From NCBI GenBank assembly GCA_964410585.1, contig CAYPFW010000001.1, forward strand, positions 480,001 to 544,000: a stretch of DNA of 64,000 nt, read 5' to 3'. This DNA is from an uncultured archaeon. Lineage in GTDB: Archaea > Aenigmatarchaeota > Aenigmatarchaeia > QMZP01 > JACQNV01. Of the stretch, positions 16,533 to 26,531 are shown piece by piece. The number at the start of each line of letters is the position of its first letter. Positions within the stretch are counted from its first letter, which is position 1. Under the pieces are notes generated by a model. It ran no database searches and was not told where the DNA came from. It saw only the letters and a program-made list of their open reading frames with translations. Made by a program: the position numbers and the translations under genes.

Positions 16533-16916
16533 ATGGGATATGGAAGGCCTTTGGTCACACTGATGGTAATTGATGATCAACCAAAAGTTGATATACTTAA
16601 TGTTAGCGGATTTTCGTACACAGGTATAGAGAATAGAAGAATGGTTTTCAGAAGATATTGGAGAGATCCTCAAGACCAAACATTTCAGAGATTGAATGAA
16701 GTAAATGAGGCTGTTCAAAGAGGCCGCGGTTTGGAATACACAAACGTTGTGCATGTAGAAAGAAAAGGCTATATTTTTGAGGTCACATGTTTTTTTGAGG
16801 GTCCTGTGCTTAGCATGCTAAATGGAAAAAGAGCGATTATTAAAACAGAAAAAAATCCAGACCATTTTGTGACACAGAGTTTTAGGGAAGCTGCGGAAAA
16901 ACTTTTACAAAGTTAA
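16533..16916 (+). CDS. Hypothetical protein
   Basis: 127-aa ORF, TTTAAA box upstream. Confidence 0.65.
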   Translation: MGYGRPLVTLMVIDDQPKVDILNVSGFSYTGIENRRMVFRRYWRDPQDQTFQRLNEVNEAVQRGRGLEYTNVVHVERKGYIFEVTCFFEGPVLSMLNGKRAIIKTEKNPDHFVTQSFREAAEKLLQS

Positions 16917-17761
16917 ACTTCTAGAACAAATAAAATATGGTATTCTGGACATAAAGGTTGATCTAAACCATTGTCATCTACTTCTTTTAATTTAAGACCA
17001 CACTTTTCAAAAACATTTTTCCAACCATCTATTGTATTGTGGTTGTATGGGACTACGACCTTTTTGTCTTCATGTTGACAGAAGTGGAAAACTCTATTGT
17101 ACAAATGGTCGAAGAAAAAATTTACCATCATTTGTTCCTCTGCAGAAAGTTGGCCAAGCTTTGAAGAATTTTTCATACCAAAAACAGATTCTAAAACAAG
17201 AATTCTTCCGCCTGCTTTTGTTAGCCTTTTAGCTTCGAGCAAAGTTTTTACAGGGTCATCTGCATGATGGAGAACTGTGAGCAAAAGCACGTTATCGAAT
17301 TTTTCGCTTGTCGGAACCGAAGTTTGGTTACAATTAAAAAAATCAATTCCTGTTGATTGAATATTTTCGTGTTTGTAAATGTCTGTTGCAATGACTTTCA
17401 TTTTCGAAATTTTTGAGACGCGCTCTGCGACTTTTCCATCACCGCAACCGAAATCAAGTACAGTTTTTCCTTCAAGATGCTTTTGTATTTGTGAGTAAAT
17501 TATTTCTGCCCGACAATCTAATTTTGCAGATATTTTTTCAGCTGTTTTTTCTCGTTCAAAAATTTCGTGGGCCCTTGATTCGTATTCGCTCAGAGTTTTG
17601 TAAGACAAGCCCAATTCTATGATTTCTTTTACAAGATTTTCGTTGTCTATGTCTAGCGATCCTAAAATAGAAGATAGTGACTGCTCTATAAACTGCCTAG
17701 CATTTTTGTTTGCCAAGATTTCCTTTATTTCTGGGATTTGGAAATTAAATTTGCTTTTCAT
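16913..17761 (-). CDS. Class I SAM-dependent methyltransferase
   Basis: VLDFGCGDG, FD.VLL..VLHH, GGRILVLE. Confidence 0.9.
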   Translation of the reverse strand: MKSKFNFQIPEIKEILANKNARQFIEQSLSSILGSLDIDNENLVKEIIELGLSYKTLSEYESRAHEIFEREKTAEKISAKLDCRAEIIYSQIQKHLEGKTVLDFGCGDGKVAERVSKISKMKVIATDIYKHENIQSTGIDFFNCNQTSVPTSEKFDNVLLLTVLHHADDPVKTLLEAKRLTKAGGRILVLESVFGMKNSSKLGQLSAEEQMMVNFFFDHLYNRVFHFCQHEDKKVVVPYNHNTIDGWKNVFEKCGLKLKEVDDNGLDQPLCPEYHILFVLEV

Positions 17762-17856
17762 ATTTAACCACTATTTAGATACTAAAGTTTAGATATATCA
17801 ATCTTCTATTCCCCTCAGGGGGGAAAGTTTAAGAACACAAAAAACAATTGGTTAAC

Positions 17857-18618
17857 ATGGATACACGAGCTCTGGAAGATCTGGGTTTGACAAAGGGCGA
17901 AATCAAAGTTTATTTGGCTCTAATTGGTCTAGGAGAAACAACATCTGGACCTTTAGTAGAAGAGTCTGGAGTATCTGTTTCCAAGGTTTACCAAATTCTA
18001 AATCGCCTTGCAAAGAAAGGTTTGGTTAGCCACATTGTAAAAGGAAAAACAAAATACTTCAAAGCAGCTGACCCAAATAGGCTTTTAGATTATTTGTCTG
18101 AAAGGGAGGATAAACTGAAAGAGGAAAAAGAAGAGCTGAAAAAATTCATTCCTTTATTGGAAACAAAACAAAAATCTTTGCTGACTGCTGAAACTGCACA
18201 AGTTTTTGAAGGCCTTCGTGGCATACAAACCGCTAGAGAGAGGACGCTAAAAATAATGAAGCCCGGGAATGAAATGTGGCTTGTTGGAATTGCTAAAACA
18301 CCTTATGAAAAGCTAACACCATATTTCAGGGAATATCATAAAAGGAGGTATGGGAAAGGAATAAAATGCAAATATCTTTACAACGAATATTCAAAAAAGC
18401 CCTATGGCGAAGTTTCAGCAACATATCCTCTGAGCGAAGTTAGATATATGCCAAAAGATGTTGTCACACATTCTTGGATGGAAATATATGCAGACACAGT
18501 GACAATTGGTTTGCACCACAAAAAATCTTTTTCTGTTGTTATTCAAAATCAGGATGTAGCAGACTCGTTCAGAGAATATGCAAAACTTTTATGGAGAATA
18601 TCAAAACCACATAAATGA
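17857..18618 (+). CDS. TrmB-family transcriptional regulator
   Basis: LGLT.GEIKVYLAL...SKVYQIL.RL..KGLV. Confidence 0.9.
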   Translation: MDTRALEDLGLTKGEIKVYLALIGLGETTSGPLVEESGVSVSKVYQILNRLAKKGLVSHIVKGKTKYFKAADPNRLLDYLSEREDKLKEEKEELKKFIPLLETKQKSLLTAETAQVFEGLRGIQTARERTLKIMKPGNEMWLVGIAKTPYEKLTPYFREYHKRRYGKGIKCKYLYNEYSKKPYGEVSATYPLSEVRYMPKDVVTHSWMEIYADTVTIGLHHKKSFSVVIQNQDVADSFREYAKLLWRISKPHK

Positions 18619-18627
18619 TTTGTAAAC

Positions 18628-18676
18628 TAGTTCTTTTGGGATACCTTACCACTTTTCTTTCTAAGAAAAGGGGGAG
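18628..18676. repeat. Family C (inverted)
   Basis: CTAGTTCTTTTGGGATACCTTACCACTTTTCTTTCTAAGAAAAGGGG. Confidence 0.8.
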
Positions 18677-18736
18677 CTTTGGTCTATTTCTAAGCCGCAT
18701 AAATAGGCTTATATATACTGCTTTCAATCTATCCAC

Positions 18737-19477
18737 ATGTTATATTTAATTTCTCTTGGACTTGCAGATGAAAAGGATATGAGCATAAAAGGTCTTGAAA
18801 CTGCAAAGAAATGTGACGCTCTTTATGTTGAATTCTATACAAATAGGCTTGAGACTAATTTGGAAAAATTGGAAAGTTTGATTGGAAAAAAAGTTGCTCA
18901 GCTCAATAGAGAGGATTTGGAAGAGAAATCAAAAAAGATTTTGAAAGAAGCTAAAACAGCTGATGTCGGGGTTTTTGTTGGCGGAGATGCATTGGCTGCG
19001 ACAACACATATCTCCTTGGTTTTAGATGCAAAAAAAGAAGGAGTTCCTGTTAAAGTGATACATAGCTCTTCTATTTTCACAGGAGTTGCTGAAACTGGAC
19101 TTCAGCTATACAAGTTTGGTGCGACAACTACATTGGCTTTCCCACAAGATGGATATCACCCAACATCCTGCTATGATGTTATTGTGAAGAATAAAAAAAC
19201 AGGCTTACATACACTGGTTTTGTTGGATATAAGAGAGAGATTGATGAGTGTGAAAGATGGTCTTAACACGCTTTTGGATTTGGAAAAATTAAAACAGGAA
19301 AAAATTATTTCAGCTGAAACAAAACTAATTGCTGCCTCAAACCTGGGATCTGAAAAACAAAAAATAAAATACGGGAAAGTCAAAGACTTGATGAAAGAAG
19401 AATTTGGGATGCCTGCTGTCATTGTTTTTCCTGGAGATTTGCACTTCATGGAAGAAGAGTTCTTGTCTCTTCTGTGA
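18737..19477 (+). CDS. dph5: Diphthine synthase
   Basis: MLYLISLGL, EFYT, GD.LAATTH, TGLQLYKFG, GLHTLVLLDI, LHFMEEEFL. Confidence 0.95.
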   Translation: MLYLISLGLADEKDMSIKGLETAKKCDALYVEFYTNRLETNLEKLESLIGKKVAQLNREDLEEKSKKILKEAKTADVGVFVGGDALAATTHISLVLDAKKEGVPVKVIHSSSIFTGVAETGLQLYKFGATTTLAFPQDGYHPTSCYDVIVKNKKTGLHTLVLLDIRERLMSVKDGLNTLLDLEKLKQEKIISAETKLIAASNLGSEKQKIKYGKVKDLMKEEFGMPAVIVFPGDLHFMEEEFLSLL

Positions 19478-19525
19478 AGAAGAGCAAGAGACATCTCAGC
19501 ACTCACCTCATAGTGAGATGCTGAT
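19478..19525. repeat. Family B element (inverted, partial)
   Basis: GAGACATCTCAGCACTC...GAGATGCTGA. Confidence 0.7.
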
Positions 19526-19616
19526 CTTGGATAGTTTATAGTTTTTGTTAACATCGTTAACCTTAACATCCAAAACTTTTTCAGTTATTTTTATTAACCG
19601 CTCCCCAATTATTTTC

Positions 19617-20186
19617 ATGCAAAACAAATCAATGATTTTGAAATCACTAATACTCGCCGTTGTTGTAGTTGTTGCACTGGTCCTTGGTTTGCAGGGGTTC
19701 GGGAAAGCTTTTCCAGACACGTTCTCTAATTTGCAAACTTTAGCTGATCAGTATGGTTTGCTTGGGGTTTTTCTTGTGATGTTTGTTGGCGGAACACTTT
19801 TTCCCCTTCCAGTTGATGCATTTTATATTGGATTGGTGAAATTGGCAATAAATCCGTGGCCTATAATTATCGCAAGCATTGTGGCTTCTTTCTTTAGTGG
19901 TTTGCTTAATTACTACATTGGATATTTTTTGCAGGACAGGATTTTTGGCAGGTTTGTGAAAAAAGAACACTTGGAAAAAACAAAAAACCTTTTTGATAAA
20001 TATGGACCAGTTGGAATAATTATTTTTGGAGCAATTCCACTAAGCCCAGTTGAAGATCCTATAAGCTTGTTTTGTGGTTTGGTAAAAATGAATGTAAAAA
20101 AGTTTGCTTTGTACTGGCTAGTTTCTAGGGTTTTGAGCTTTGGGATTCTGACAGCTGCGGCGCTGTTTTTGAATATTGCTTTCTAG
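19617..20186 (+). CDS. VTT/DedA (SNARE-associated) membrane protein
   Basis: PLPVD, YYIG, KYG...I....IP..P..D......G...M....F. Confidence 0.85.
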   Translation: MQNKSMILKSLILAVVVVVALVLGLQGFGKAFPDTFSNLQTLADQYGLLGVFLVMFVGGTLFPLPVDAFYIGLVKLAINPWPIIIASIVASFFSGLLNYYIGYFLQDRIFGRFVKKEHLEKTKNLFDKYGPVGIIIFGAIPLSPVEDPISLFCGLVKMNVKKFALYWLVSRVLSFGILTAAALFLNIAF

Positions 20187-20205
20187 TAGGAATTCAATGG
20201 GTTTG

Positions 20206-20327
20206 TATAACAGTGTTATATTTACTTGCTTTCCTGATTTACATAACACTGTTATATCAACACACAGAAGGCTCGTGAAAACATGTTTAAATTTCCATAT
20301 TTCAGCCTCATATATAACACTGTTATA
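20206..20327. promoter_or_regulatory. Three copies of palindrome TATAACAnTGTTATA (putative operator)
   Basis: 20206-20220, 20242-20256, 20313-20327. Confidence 0.6.
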
Positions 20328-20378
20328 TCGAGGCAAAGCTTTATAAGTAACTAAAGTAACTACTACATAGTGATTGTT

Positions 20379-21140
20379 ATGGGTGGTCAAAAAATAACTC
20401 AGTTTCTAAGGGAAGGTCCAAGACCTGAAGAATTAGGTGCATACGCAACCAACGCAATAAGATCAACACCTTTAGCTCGAAGAGCAACAGAGCTTTATGA
20501 AACAGTTGATCCTACAAACCTTACTCCAGAAAGATTAGCAAGAACAGGACAAACACTTGTAGAAAAAGCATACAGATCGGCCCTAGACAAGGTTTTTGGA
20601 AAACCAAGAAAAGCAAGCAGACCCGAAAATGCTGTTAGAAAATATGTTCTAAAAGTTTTAGCAGGCGACAATTTAGGGGCACAAGTAAACGAGGTCTCAG
20701 CTGACTGGTTAAGCAACTTAGAATATGTTGACATAAACATAGGAAAAAGAGGAAGATCGCCTTTAGGATTCAATGAAAATGTTAATGGAAGAAATATAGT
20801 CTACATCCCAAGAGTTGGAGAAAATGTAGGCTTAGTTGTTTCTCGCGGAATACAAGATTACATAAAAATACACGAGCTCATGGAAACAACAGAAGCAAAA
20901 CCAAAAGGAGAAAGAGAACATGAAAAAATGGACGCAGCAATACTTTCTGTTTTAAAAGAATTCAGCACAACAAGCGAAAGAGCAAGACAAGCATACAGAG
21001 GCGCTCTTTCAGTCTATGAAGCAAGGGGAGAAAATGACCCATACTTCAGAGGAGTTTCAAAATTCTATCCAGTTAGAGAAGAGATACGTTCAAATGTCTT
21101 TAGTTTAAACAATAAAGGAGAGTTTGCTTTCGCGGCTTAG
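20379..21140 (+). CDS. Hypothetical protein (degenerate zincin-like HELME motif)
   Basis: Long ORF, TTTATA box upstream. Confidence 0.75.
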   Translation: MGGQKITQFLREGPRPEELGAYATNAIRSTPLARRATELYETVDPTNLTPERLARTGQTLVEKAYRSALDKVFGKPRKASRPENAVRKYVLKVLAGDNLGAQVNEVSADWLSNLEYVDINIGKRGRSPLGFNENVNGRNIVYIPRVGENVGLVVSRGIQDYIKIHELMETTEAKPKGEREHEKMDAAILSVLKEFSTTSERARQAYRGALSVYEARGENDPYFRGVSKFYPVREEIRSNVFSLNNKGEFAFAA

Positions 21141-21149
21141 GAAAATAGC

Positions 21150-22313
21150 ATGCCATCAATAACAGAAATGGATTTGTTTGAAGAAGATTTGGAAAATTTA
21201 GACATAGATCCATCAGGATTGGAAGCTGGCGAGACCAGCTTCGGCCCTCGAGGGGGAACAGGAAATTTTAGACACACTGATTTATCTCCTAGATACAGAT
21301 TCGGCGGAGCAAATCCAGCACCAGCAGGCCAACAACAAGGTGTCTTCAAAAGATGGAGAGAATACAGAAAACAAATAAGAGAAAAACAACCTTTGGTTAG
21401 ATGGGGAAAACTTTTTGGCTTGTGGAAACCATTGGCATATAGAGGTGTTTCACAAGTACTTGAAAAAATTTCAGTCCCAGCAGAACAAAGAGGAAACTTT
21501 TTTGTCGATCTTTATGGTGGTATAGTTGATGGATATAAAACAAGTTTTAAAAAACAAGCTGACATTAAACCAGCTGACATAGTGCCTGGTTTAAGAAGAG
21601 AATTAGAATTTGCAGGAGGCTCAACTAAAATAGAAAAAGTTTACTTCTACAGATACAATGGCCAAGATGTGCCAATATTTTTCAGCACAGGTGACAATCC
21701 ATCAGAACAACAATTACGAGAAGGCATAGCTCATGTCCAGCAAATCAAACAAGCAGGAAGAAAAAGATATAGGGAATCAAAATACAACAAAATGGACAAA
21801 GCTGTAGCAGATTCATTTTTAGATGGAGATTTCATCACATGGGCAGCTGATAAATTTACTCGCGGTGACTATAAGAGATATTTTGAACAAGAACCTGGAA
21901 AAGCGCACAGATGGTTTGTCAAACTTGATACAGCATGGATACACCAATACGGTGATCAAGACGCAGTAGCAGAGGCTGCTTTGCCAAATGATTTGAAGCC
22001 AACTGTTTTTGTAAGAAAAGTTCCAGAAAATCAACACGGTGTAAACAGCTTTTGGAACTATGTAGGAAAACTAGTTGGAAAAGAAAAACCATTTAGTTGG
22101 GGAAGATATGCTTACTGGAAAGCAGGTGACATAATCGTGGATTTGGTAGACTTAGCTTTTGGAGACCATGTACTTGAATCTGCAGAAGCCCTAAAATTCC
22201 CAGCAGATAGTATAAGGGACTTGTCTTATTCATTCCTTAAAATAGGTTCTGATGCAATGAGAGGTTTTTTCAATCCAAGAACTCCATATCTTGCATACGA
22301 ACAAGTTTTATGA
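21150..22313 (+). CDS. Hypothetical protein
   Basis: 387-aa ORF, 9 bp downstream of previous gene. Confidence 0.8.
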   Translation: MPSITEMDLFEEDLENLDIDPSGLEAGETSFGPRGGTGNFRHTDLSPRYRFGGANPAPAGQQQGVFKRWREYRKQIREKQPLVRWGKLFGLWKPLAYRGVSQVLEKISVPAEQRGNFFVDLYGGIVDGYKTSFKKQADIKPADIVPGLRRELEFAGGSTKIEKVYFYRYNGQDVPIFFSTGDNPSEQQLREGIAHVQQIKQAGRKRYRESKYNKMDKAVADSFLDGDFITWAADKFTRGDYKRYFEQEPGKAHRWFVKLDTAWIHQYGDQDAVAEAALPNDLKPTVFVRKVPENQHGVNSFWNYVGKLVGKEKPFSWGRYAYWKAGDIIVDLVDLAFGDHVLESAEALKFPADSIRDLSYSFLKIGSDAMRGFFNPRTPYLAYEQVL

Positions 22314-22398
22314 AAAGAGTAACTCATAATTGGATTCAAATTCGCTGATCGCTGTTTAAACGCATAAAAGCACAGCGCACCAATTATACCTATTATAG

Positions 22399-22556
22399 TG
22401 GAAGCCGCGAATTTTTCGAGCTAGCAAGCGAAGGAAAAATTAGGCTCCTGTTTTGGTTAAGTCAGCATCTCACTGTGAGGTGGATGCTGAGATGTCTCGT
22501 GCACAGTTAACTGCTTATGCGGATAATTGGAGACACGACTTTTGGGACAAAAGGTT
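22399..22556. repeat. Composite repeat: A (inverted, 22399-22448), then D containing B (22461-22538), ending at ATG 22557
   Basis: Sequence similarity to other copies. Confidence 0.8.
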
Positions 22557-23195
22557 ATGGCTTTGGATATATTTCAGTTATTATTTCAGGCTTTGAGAAT
22601 TCAGGATTTGGCTTACAAATACACAAACCCAGTTGACCAGTTTTTGTATTTGATTTTCTTCCCATCTTTAATTATCATAGCAATTGTCACGCTGTTTACA
22701 AGCAAAGTTTTCAGCGGCAAGCTTGCTTTCTTGTTCACGTTTGCATTTTACATCTTCATCATTGTCTATCCACCGGGTGGACAAAAAAACATATACTCTG
22801 CAATTGCGCCTTTGGGTGAATTATGGTTCTTGGGCTTTGCTGTGATAGCTGTTCTTTGGTTCCTTTTCAGGTTCCCATTTAGCCATGGTGGAAGCGGTGG
22901 AAAATCTGGTGGCGGTCTATTTGGCTTAGGTGGTGGCCTATCTGGACTTCAAACACGAGAAGGAAGGAAAGGATTAATAGTGGAACTTCATGAAATTGAT
23001 GAACAATTAAAAGCAATGCAAATTTATGCGGAAAAAATGAAAGCTCATCCTGATGAGGGTGATTATGCAAAACTTTTTGAGGCAGCAAGAGAGAAAGCCG
23101 ATGCAAAAATAACAAGTCTAAGTGTTTTTGGAGCAAAACACGGCGATATTAGTGGAAAGCGAGCTAGGTATAATAAAATTATTGGAAGTATATAA
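22557..23195 (+). CDS. Membrane protein with Gly-rich linker and C-terminal helical domain
   Basis: Three TMs then GGSGGKSGGG. Confidence 0.75.
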   Translation: MALDIFQLLFQALRIQDLAYKYTNPVDQFLYLIFFPSLIIIAIVTLFTSKVFSGKLAFLFTFAFYIFIIVYPPGGQKNIYSAIAPLGELWFLGFAVIAVLWFLFRFPFSHGGSGGKSGGGLFGLGGGLSGLQTREGRKGLIVELHEIDEQLKAMQIYAEKMKAHPDEGDYAKLFEAAREKADAKITSLSVFGAKHGDISGKRARYNKIIGSI

Positions 23196-23262
23196 TAATT
23201 TATAGCATTACCTCAGCTATATAAATTCTAAATCACAAAATAAATATTGAAAAAACAGAAGC

Positions 23263-23318
23263 CTACCCCTTTCTTTAGAAAAGAAAGTGGTAAGGTATCC
23301 CAAAGAAACTAATATACA
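23263..23318. repeat. Family C
   Basis: Near-identical to 3767-3825. Confidence 0.85.
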
Positions 23319-23325
23319 ATTTTAT

Positions 23326-23574
23326 ATGGAAAAAACAGAAGCTTTGATGTCTGCAGTAAAAAGGGAAATTGGTATTGGAAACTTTCTTTTAGAAAAATAC
23401 AAAACTGAAGAAAAGGAATTTGAAAAAAAATACAAAATGCAAACCAAAAACTTTTTGCAAAAATTTGAGAGCGGCAAAATCGGAGACGACGAAGACTTTT
23501 TTGAGTGGTTGGCAATTTCAAAGGCTGTCTCGCATTGGGAAATCAAATTAAAAATGCTGAAGGAATATCAATGA
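23326..23574 (+). CDS. Putative antitoxin (partner of DUF6516 toxin)
   Basis: FEKKYKM.T..F..KFESG.IGDDEDFFEW motif. Confidence 0.75.
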   Translation: MEKTEALMSAVKREIGIGNFLLEKYKTEEKEFEKKYKMQTKNFLQKFESGKIGDDEDFFEWLAISKAVSHWEIKLKMLKEYQ

Positions 23575-23939
23575 TAGACGAGTATTTTAAGAGTGTGGAA
23601 AATACAATAAATGCTTTCCCCTTAACTCTTTTTAGTTCTCACAAATTTGAAAAAGTAGACATCAACGAGGGTTTTTTAAAAATAAAACTTGTACTCCTAG
23701 ATCAATCACAACTTCATATTTTCGAATACATAAAAATCAAAAATAGTCCAATTGTGGAAAACTATAGGTACCATTGGCAGGATAAAAATTCCAATGTTAT
23801 TAAAAGATGGGACAATGCTCCTCATCATAAGTCAATACCAACTTTCCCACACCATGTTCACGAAGGAGAATCAGTGAAACCATCTCAACAGCCAAATATA
23901 AATCAGGTTCTCAATATAATTTCAAAGGAGATGGGATAA
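23571..23939 (+). CDS. DUF6516/TumE-like toxin
   Basis: YRYHWQD......RWDNAPHH..I.TFPHHVH. Confidence 0.85.
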   Translation: MIDEYFKSVENTINAFPLTLFSSHKFEKVDINEGFLKIKLVLLDQSQLHIFEYIKIKNSPIVENYRYHWQDKNSNVIKRWDNAPHHKSIPTFPHHVHEGESVKPSQQPNINQVLNIISKEMG

Positions 23940-24364
23940 TGGCCTTTGCAGAATTTCTTCCATTTATTTTTGTGATCGCAGTAGTGTACGGAGGCCTTGA
24001 AGTATCTGATGTTTTCAAAAACAAGGCAGTCAAATTTATCATAGCTTTGGTTGTTGGCTATTTTGCAATGACAAACGCCTCTGTTGTTGCTTTCATCACA
24101 CAATTCCTTCCTTTAGCAGCTATCGTGTTTGTTGTTGTTTTCCTTATTGGTTTCATCTACAAAGTTTTCCAAAAAGGTGGAGAAAAAGATTGGACACTGA
24201 TAGGTTTGATAATAGCAACAGGATTAATAGGCCTTGCACAATTCCAAGGAAGCCTAACACCATACCTAAACAACTTACCAATTGATCCAAACAATTTCTT
24301 AGCAATAGTTTTGATCATGGCTTTCATAGCTTTTCTGTATGCTGCTTACAAAAAGGGCGGGTAG
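23939..24364 (+). CDS. Multi-pass membrane protein
   Basis: FLPFIFVIAVVYGGL...F.NK....IIALVVG; resembles 25865-26419. Confidence 0.8.
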   Translation: MAFAEFLPFIFVIAVVYGGLEVSDVFKNKAVKFIIALVVGYFAMTNASVVAFITQFLPLAAIVFVVVFLIGFIYKVFQKGGEKDWTLIGLIIATGLIGLAQFQGSLTPYLNNLPIDPNNFLAIVLIMAFIAFLYAAYKKGG

Positions 24365-25742
24365 GCCAATCGTTGTTTTATTTGTTCTGATTTTTGTAGT
24401 TTTAGTCAGTGGATGCACTCAAAACCTCGATCAGTGTGTTTCTGACTCTGACTGTAAAGAAGGTCAATGCATTCACGGAGAATGTATTTCAATTCAAGTG
24501 AGTGGATGCAGTTCTGACAATAATTGTTTGTCTAATCAAACTTGCCAAGACACCAACTGTATTTCAAACAATAACTATAGTGACTCTGAAACCGTCAAAA
24601 ACCAACTAGTTGACAAACTTGAAAATAAGGAGTATATATTCCCAAATTCTCCAGCCGAAAGCAATTTTTTCAAAGGCGATAAAACAGCTGAAAAAATACT
24701 TCTCGGCGAAATAACCAACTACAGCATAAATGAGTTTAATGATAGAATAGAAACATCGAACAATACATTTGCTTTCAAGGTTTTGAATGCACTCAAAATC
24801 ATTGGATATACATTTGTTTCAACAGAGTATAAGGATACCTATTATGCTTATCTTAAAGAAAACAACTTCACGAAAAGTGATATAGTTTCAAAAAATGCTT
24901 TGGGGAAAATTGATTTAGAACTAAGCGAAAAAGAAAAATTTGATTCTCAAAAATCGAGGGAAATGCCTCTGTATAGCGAATTTATAGAAGAAAATATAGA
25001 AGGTGATGTAAATAAAAACCATTTAGTTTCATTGCTCACACAAGGAATTAACTTGCTTCCAAGTAATCTAGTAGACTGGAACCAGCACCTAAGCAGCTTT
25101 TTTGATGAGACATATTTTTCAGGTAAGACCTCAAGAAAATGCAATAACAAATGCCTCATTTCATTTAGCAAATATTACTATGGTCAGCTGAATCCCTGGT
25201 CAGATTCAAATGGAAATGTGGGAAAAAGTTGGTCACTAAAAGATGATTTTTCCACAATTACAACAATAATTCATGAATATGGACACTTCTTGGACAGTGA
25301 ACTAAAGGTAAGTGATGGTATAACAAAGCGTGGGTCAATTAACACAACTGAATTTTACTCAATAAGCTATGATGTTGGAGATACAAAAGAAGGCTACTTT
25401 AAGCCAAGAAATGGTGTGATTGACAATAAAGAAGAGAACTTTGTTTCTGGATATGCTGCTAGTGGATTTGAAAGCGAAAAATATCAAGGCTACTATACAC
25501 CTTATGAGGATTTTGCAGAGTCTTTTGCAATGTACGTTTTTGCTGGAAATGTCTTTAGATGTAAGGCAGGCAAGTATTCATCAATTAGCCAAAAATACAA
25601 CTGGCTGAAGACCAACGTATTTAATGGTGAAGAATATTCATACAATCTAGCATCTGATTGCGGTAAGTTTTATTTCAATCATCAAGCCTACATAACCAAT
25701 CCAAATTTTGTTAAATTTGACTTTGCTGATATAGTAAATTGA
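24339..25742 (+). CDS. Secreted lipoprotein with Cys-rich repeats and zinc metallopeptidase domain
   Basis: LVSGC lipobox-like motif, two C..D.DC....C....C repeats, IIHEYGH (HExxH), FVSGYA, EDFAESF; start uncertain. Confidence 0.75.
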   Translation: MLLTKRAGRPIVVLFVLIFVVLVSGCTQNLDQCVSDSDCKEGQCIHGECISIQVSGCSSDNNCLSNQTCQDTNCISNNNYSDSETVKNQLVDKLENKEYIFPNSPAESNFFKGDKTAEKILLGEITNYSINEFNDRIETSNNTFAFKVLNALKIIGYTFVSTEYKDTYYAYLKENNFTKSDIVSKNALGKIDLELSEKEKFDSQKSREMPLYSEFIEENIEGDVNKNHLVSLLTQGINLLPSNLVDWNQHLSSFFDETYFSGKTSRKCNNKCLISFSKYYYGQLNPWSDSNGNVGKSWSLKDDFSTITTIIHEYGHFLDSELKVSDGITKRGSINTTEFYSISYDVGDTKEGYFKPRNGVIDNKEENFVSGYAASGFESEKYQGYYTPYEDFAESFAMYVFAGNVFRCKAGKYSSISQKYNWLKTNVFNGEEYSYNLASDCGKFYFNHQAYITNPNFVKFDFADIVN

Positions 25743-25864
25743 CACTACTCAACAGTTAAGAATATAAAGCTTTCTATCAAATATAGATAGAAACAAAGAG
25801 AAGTTCCTTGAGGCTTCTCACAAATATATAAGGGAGTTGAACCAAACTATAATATTGATTTAAT

Positions 25865-26419
25865 ATGGGCGCTGAATTATTGCTTTTCCAACTTGGTGGA
25901 ATACCAGAACTTGCAAACACAGGAATATTCAAATTCCTATTCCCATTCTTGTTATCTTTAGCTATATTATATTCTATAATAAACTTTGCTGCAGGAGACA
26001 GAATACCTAAATCAGCAAATGGTTTGATCTCAATTATAATTTCATTCTTCGTAATGCTTTACACAAGCTGGAACCCTTCAATAACAGCATTTTTCACACA
26101 AATATCAGGCAGCTTCCTTATCATAGGTTCAGGTATATTGTTTTTAATAGTCATACTAGGTATAGCAGGATTCAAATTCCATGACTTTGGTGGAGAACAC
26201 TTCAAATGGGCAGTTGTCCTATTCTTGATCCTAGTAGCATTCCTAGTCTTCTTCGGAGCAGGTGGAGCTCAATTCCTAAACTTGCCTTCATTTGCATCTT
26301 CAGGTGACTTTTGGTCAATAATATTCTTCGTAGTAATAATCGCAATCGTCTTCCTATTCTTGACAAAGGGCGATAGCGGTGGCGGCGGAAAGAAAGGCGG
26401 AGATAAGAAAGAGGGATAA
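25865..26419 (+). CDS. Multi-pass membrane protein
   Basis: FLFPFLLSLAILYSII...N.LISIIISFF; five TMs. Confidence 0.8.
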   Translation: MGAELLLFQLGGIPELANTGIFKFLFPFLLSLAILYSIINFAAGDRIPKSANGLISIIISFFVMLYTSWNPSITAFFTQISGSFLIIGSGILFLIVILGIAGFKFHDFGGEHFKWAVVLFLILVAFLVFFGAGGAQFLNLPSFASSGDFWSIIFFVVIIAIVFLFLTKGDSGGGGKKGGDKKEG

Positions 26420-26531
26420 AATCTAGTTCTTTTGTTTTTGTAAATTCAGATGTAGAACTAGATTTATAGATGTTGATGTATTCAAACGAAATTTCTTTTC
26501 TAAGAAGCTGTAATCAGCAAGATCTAAATGT

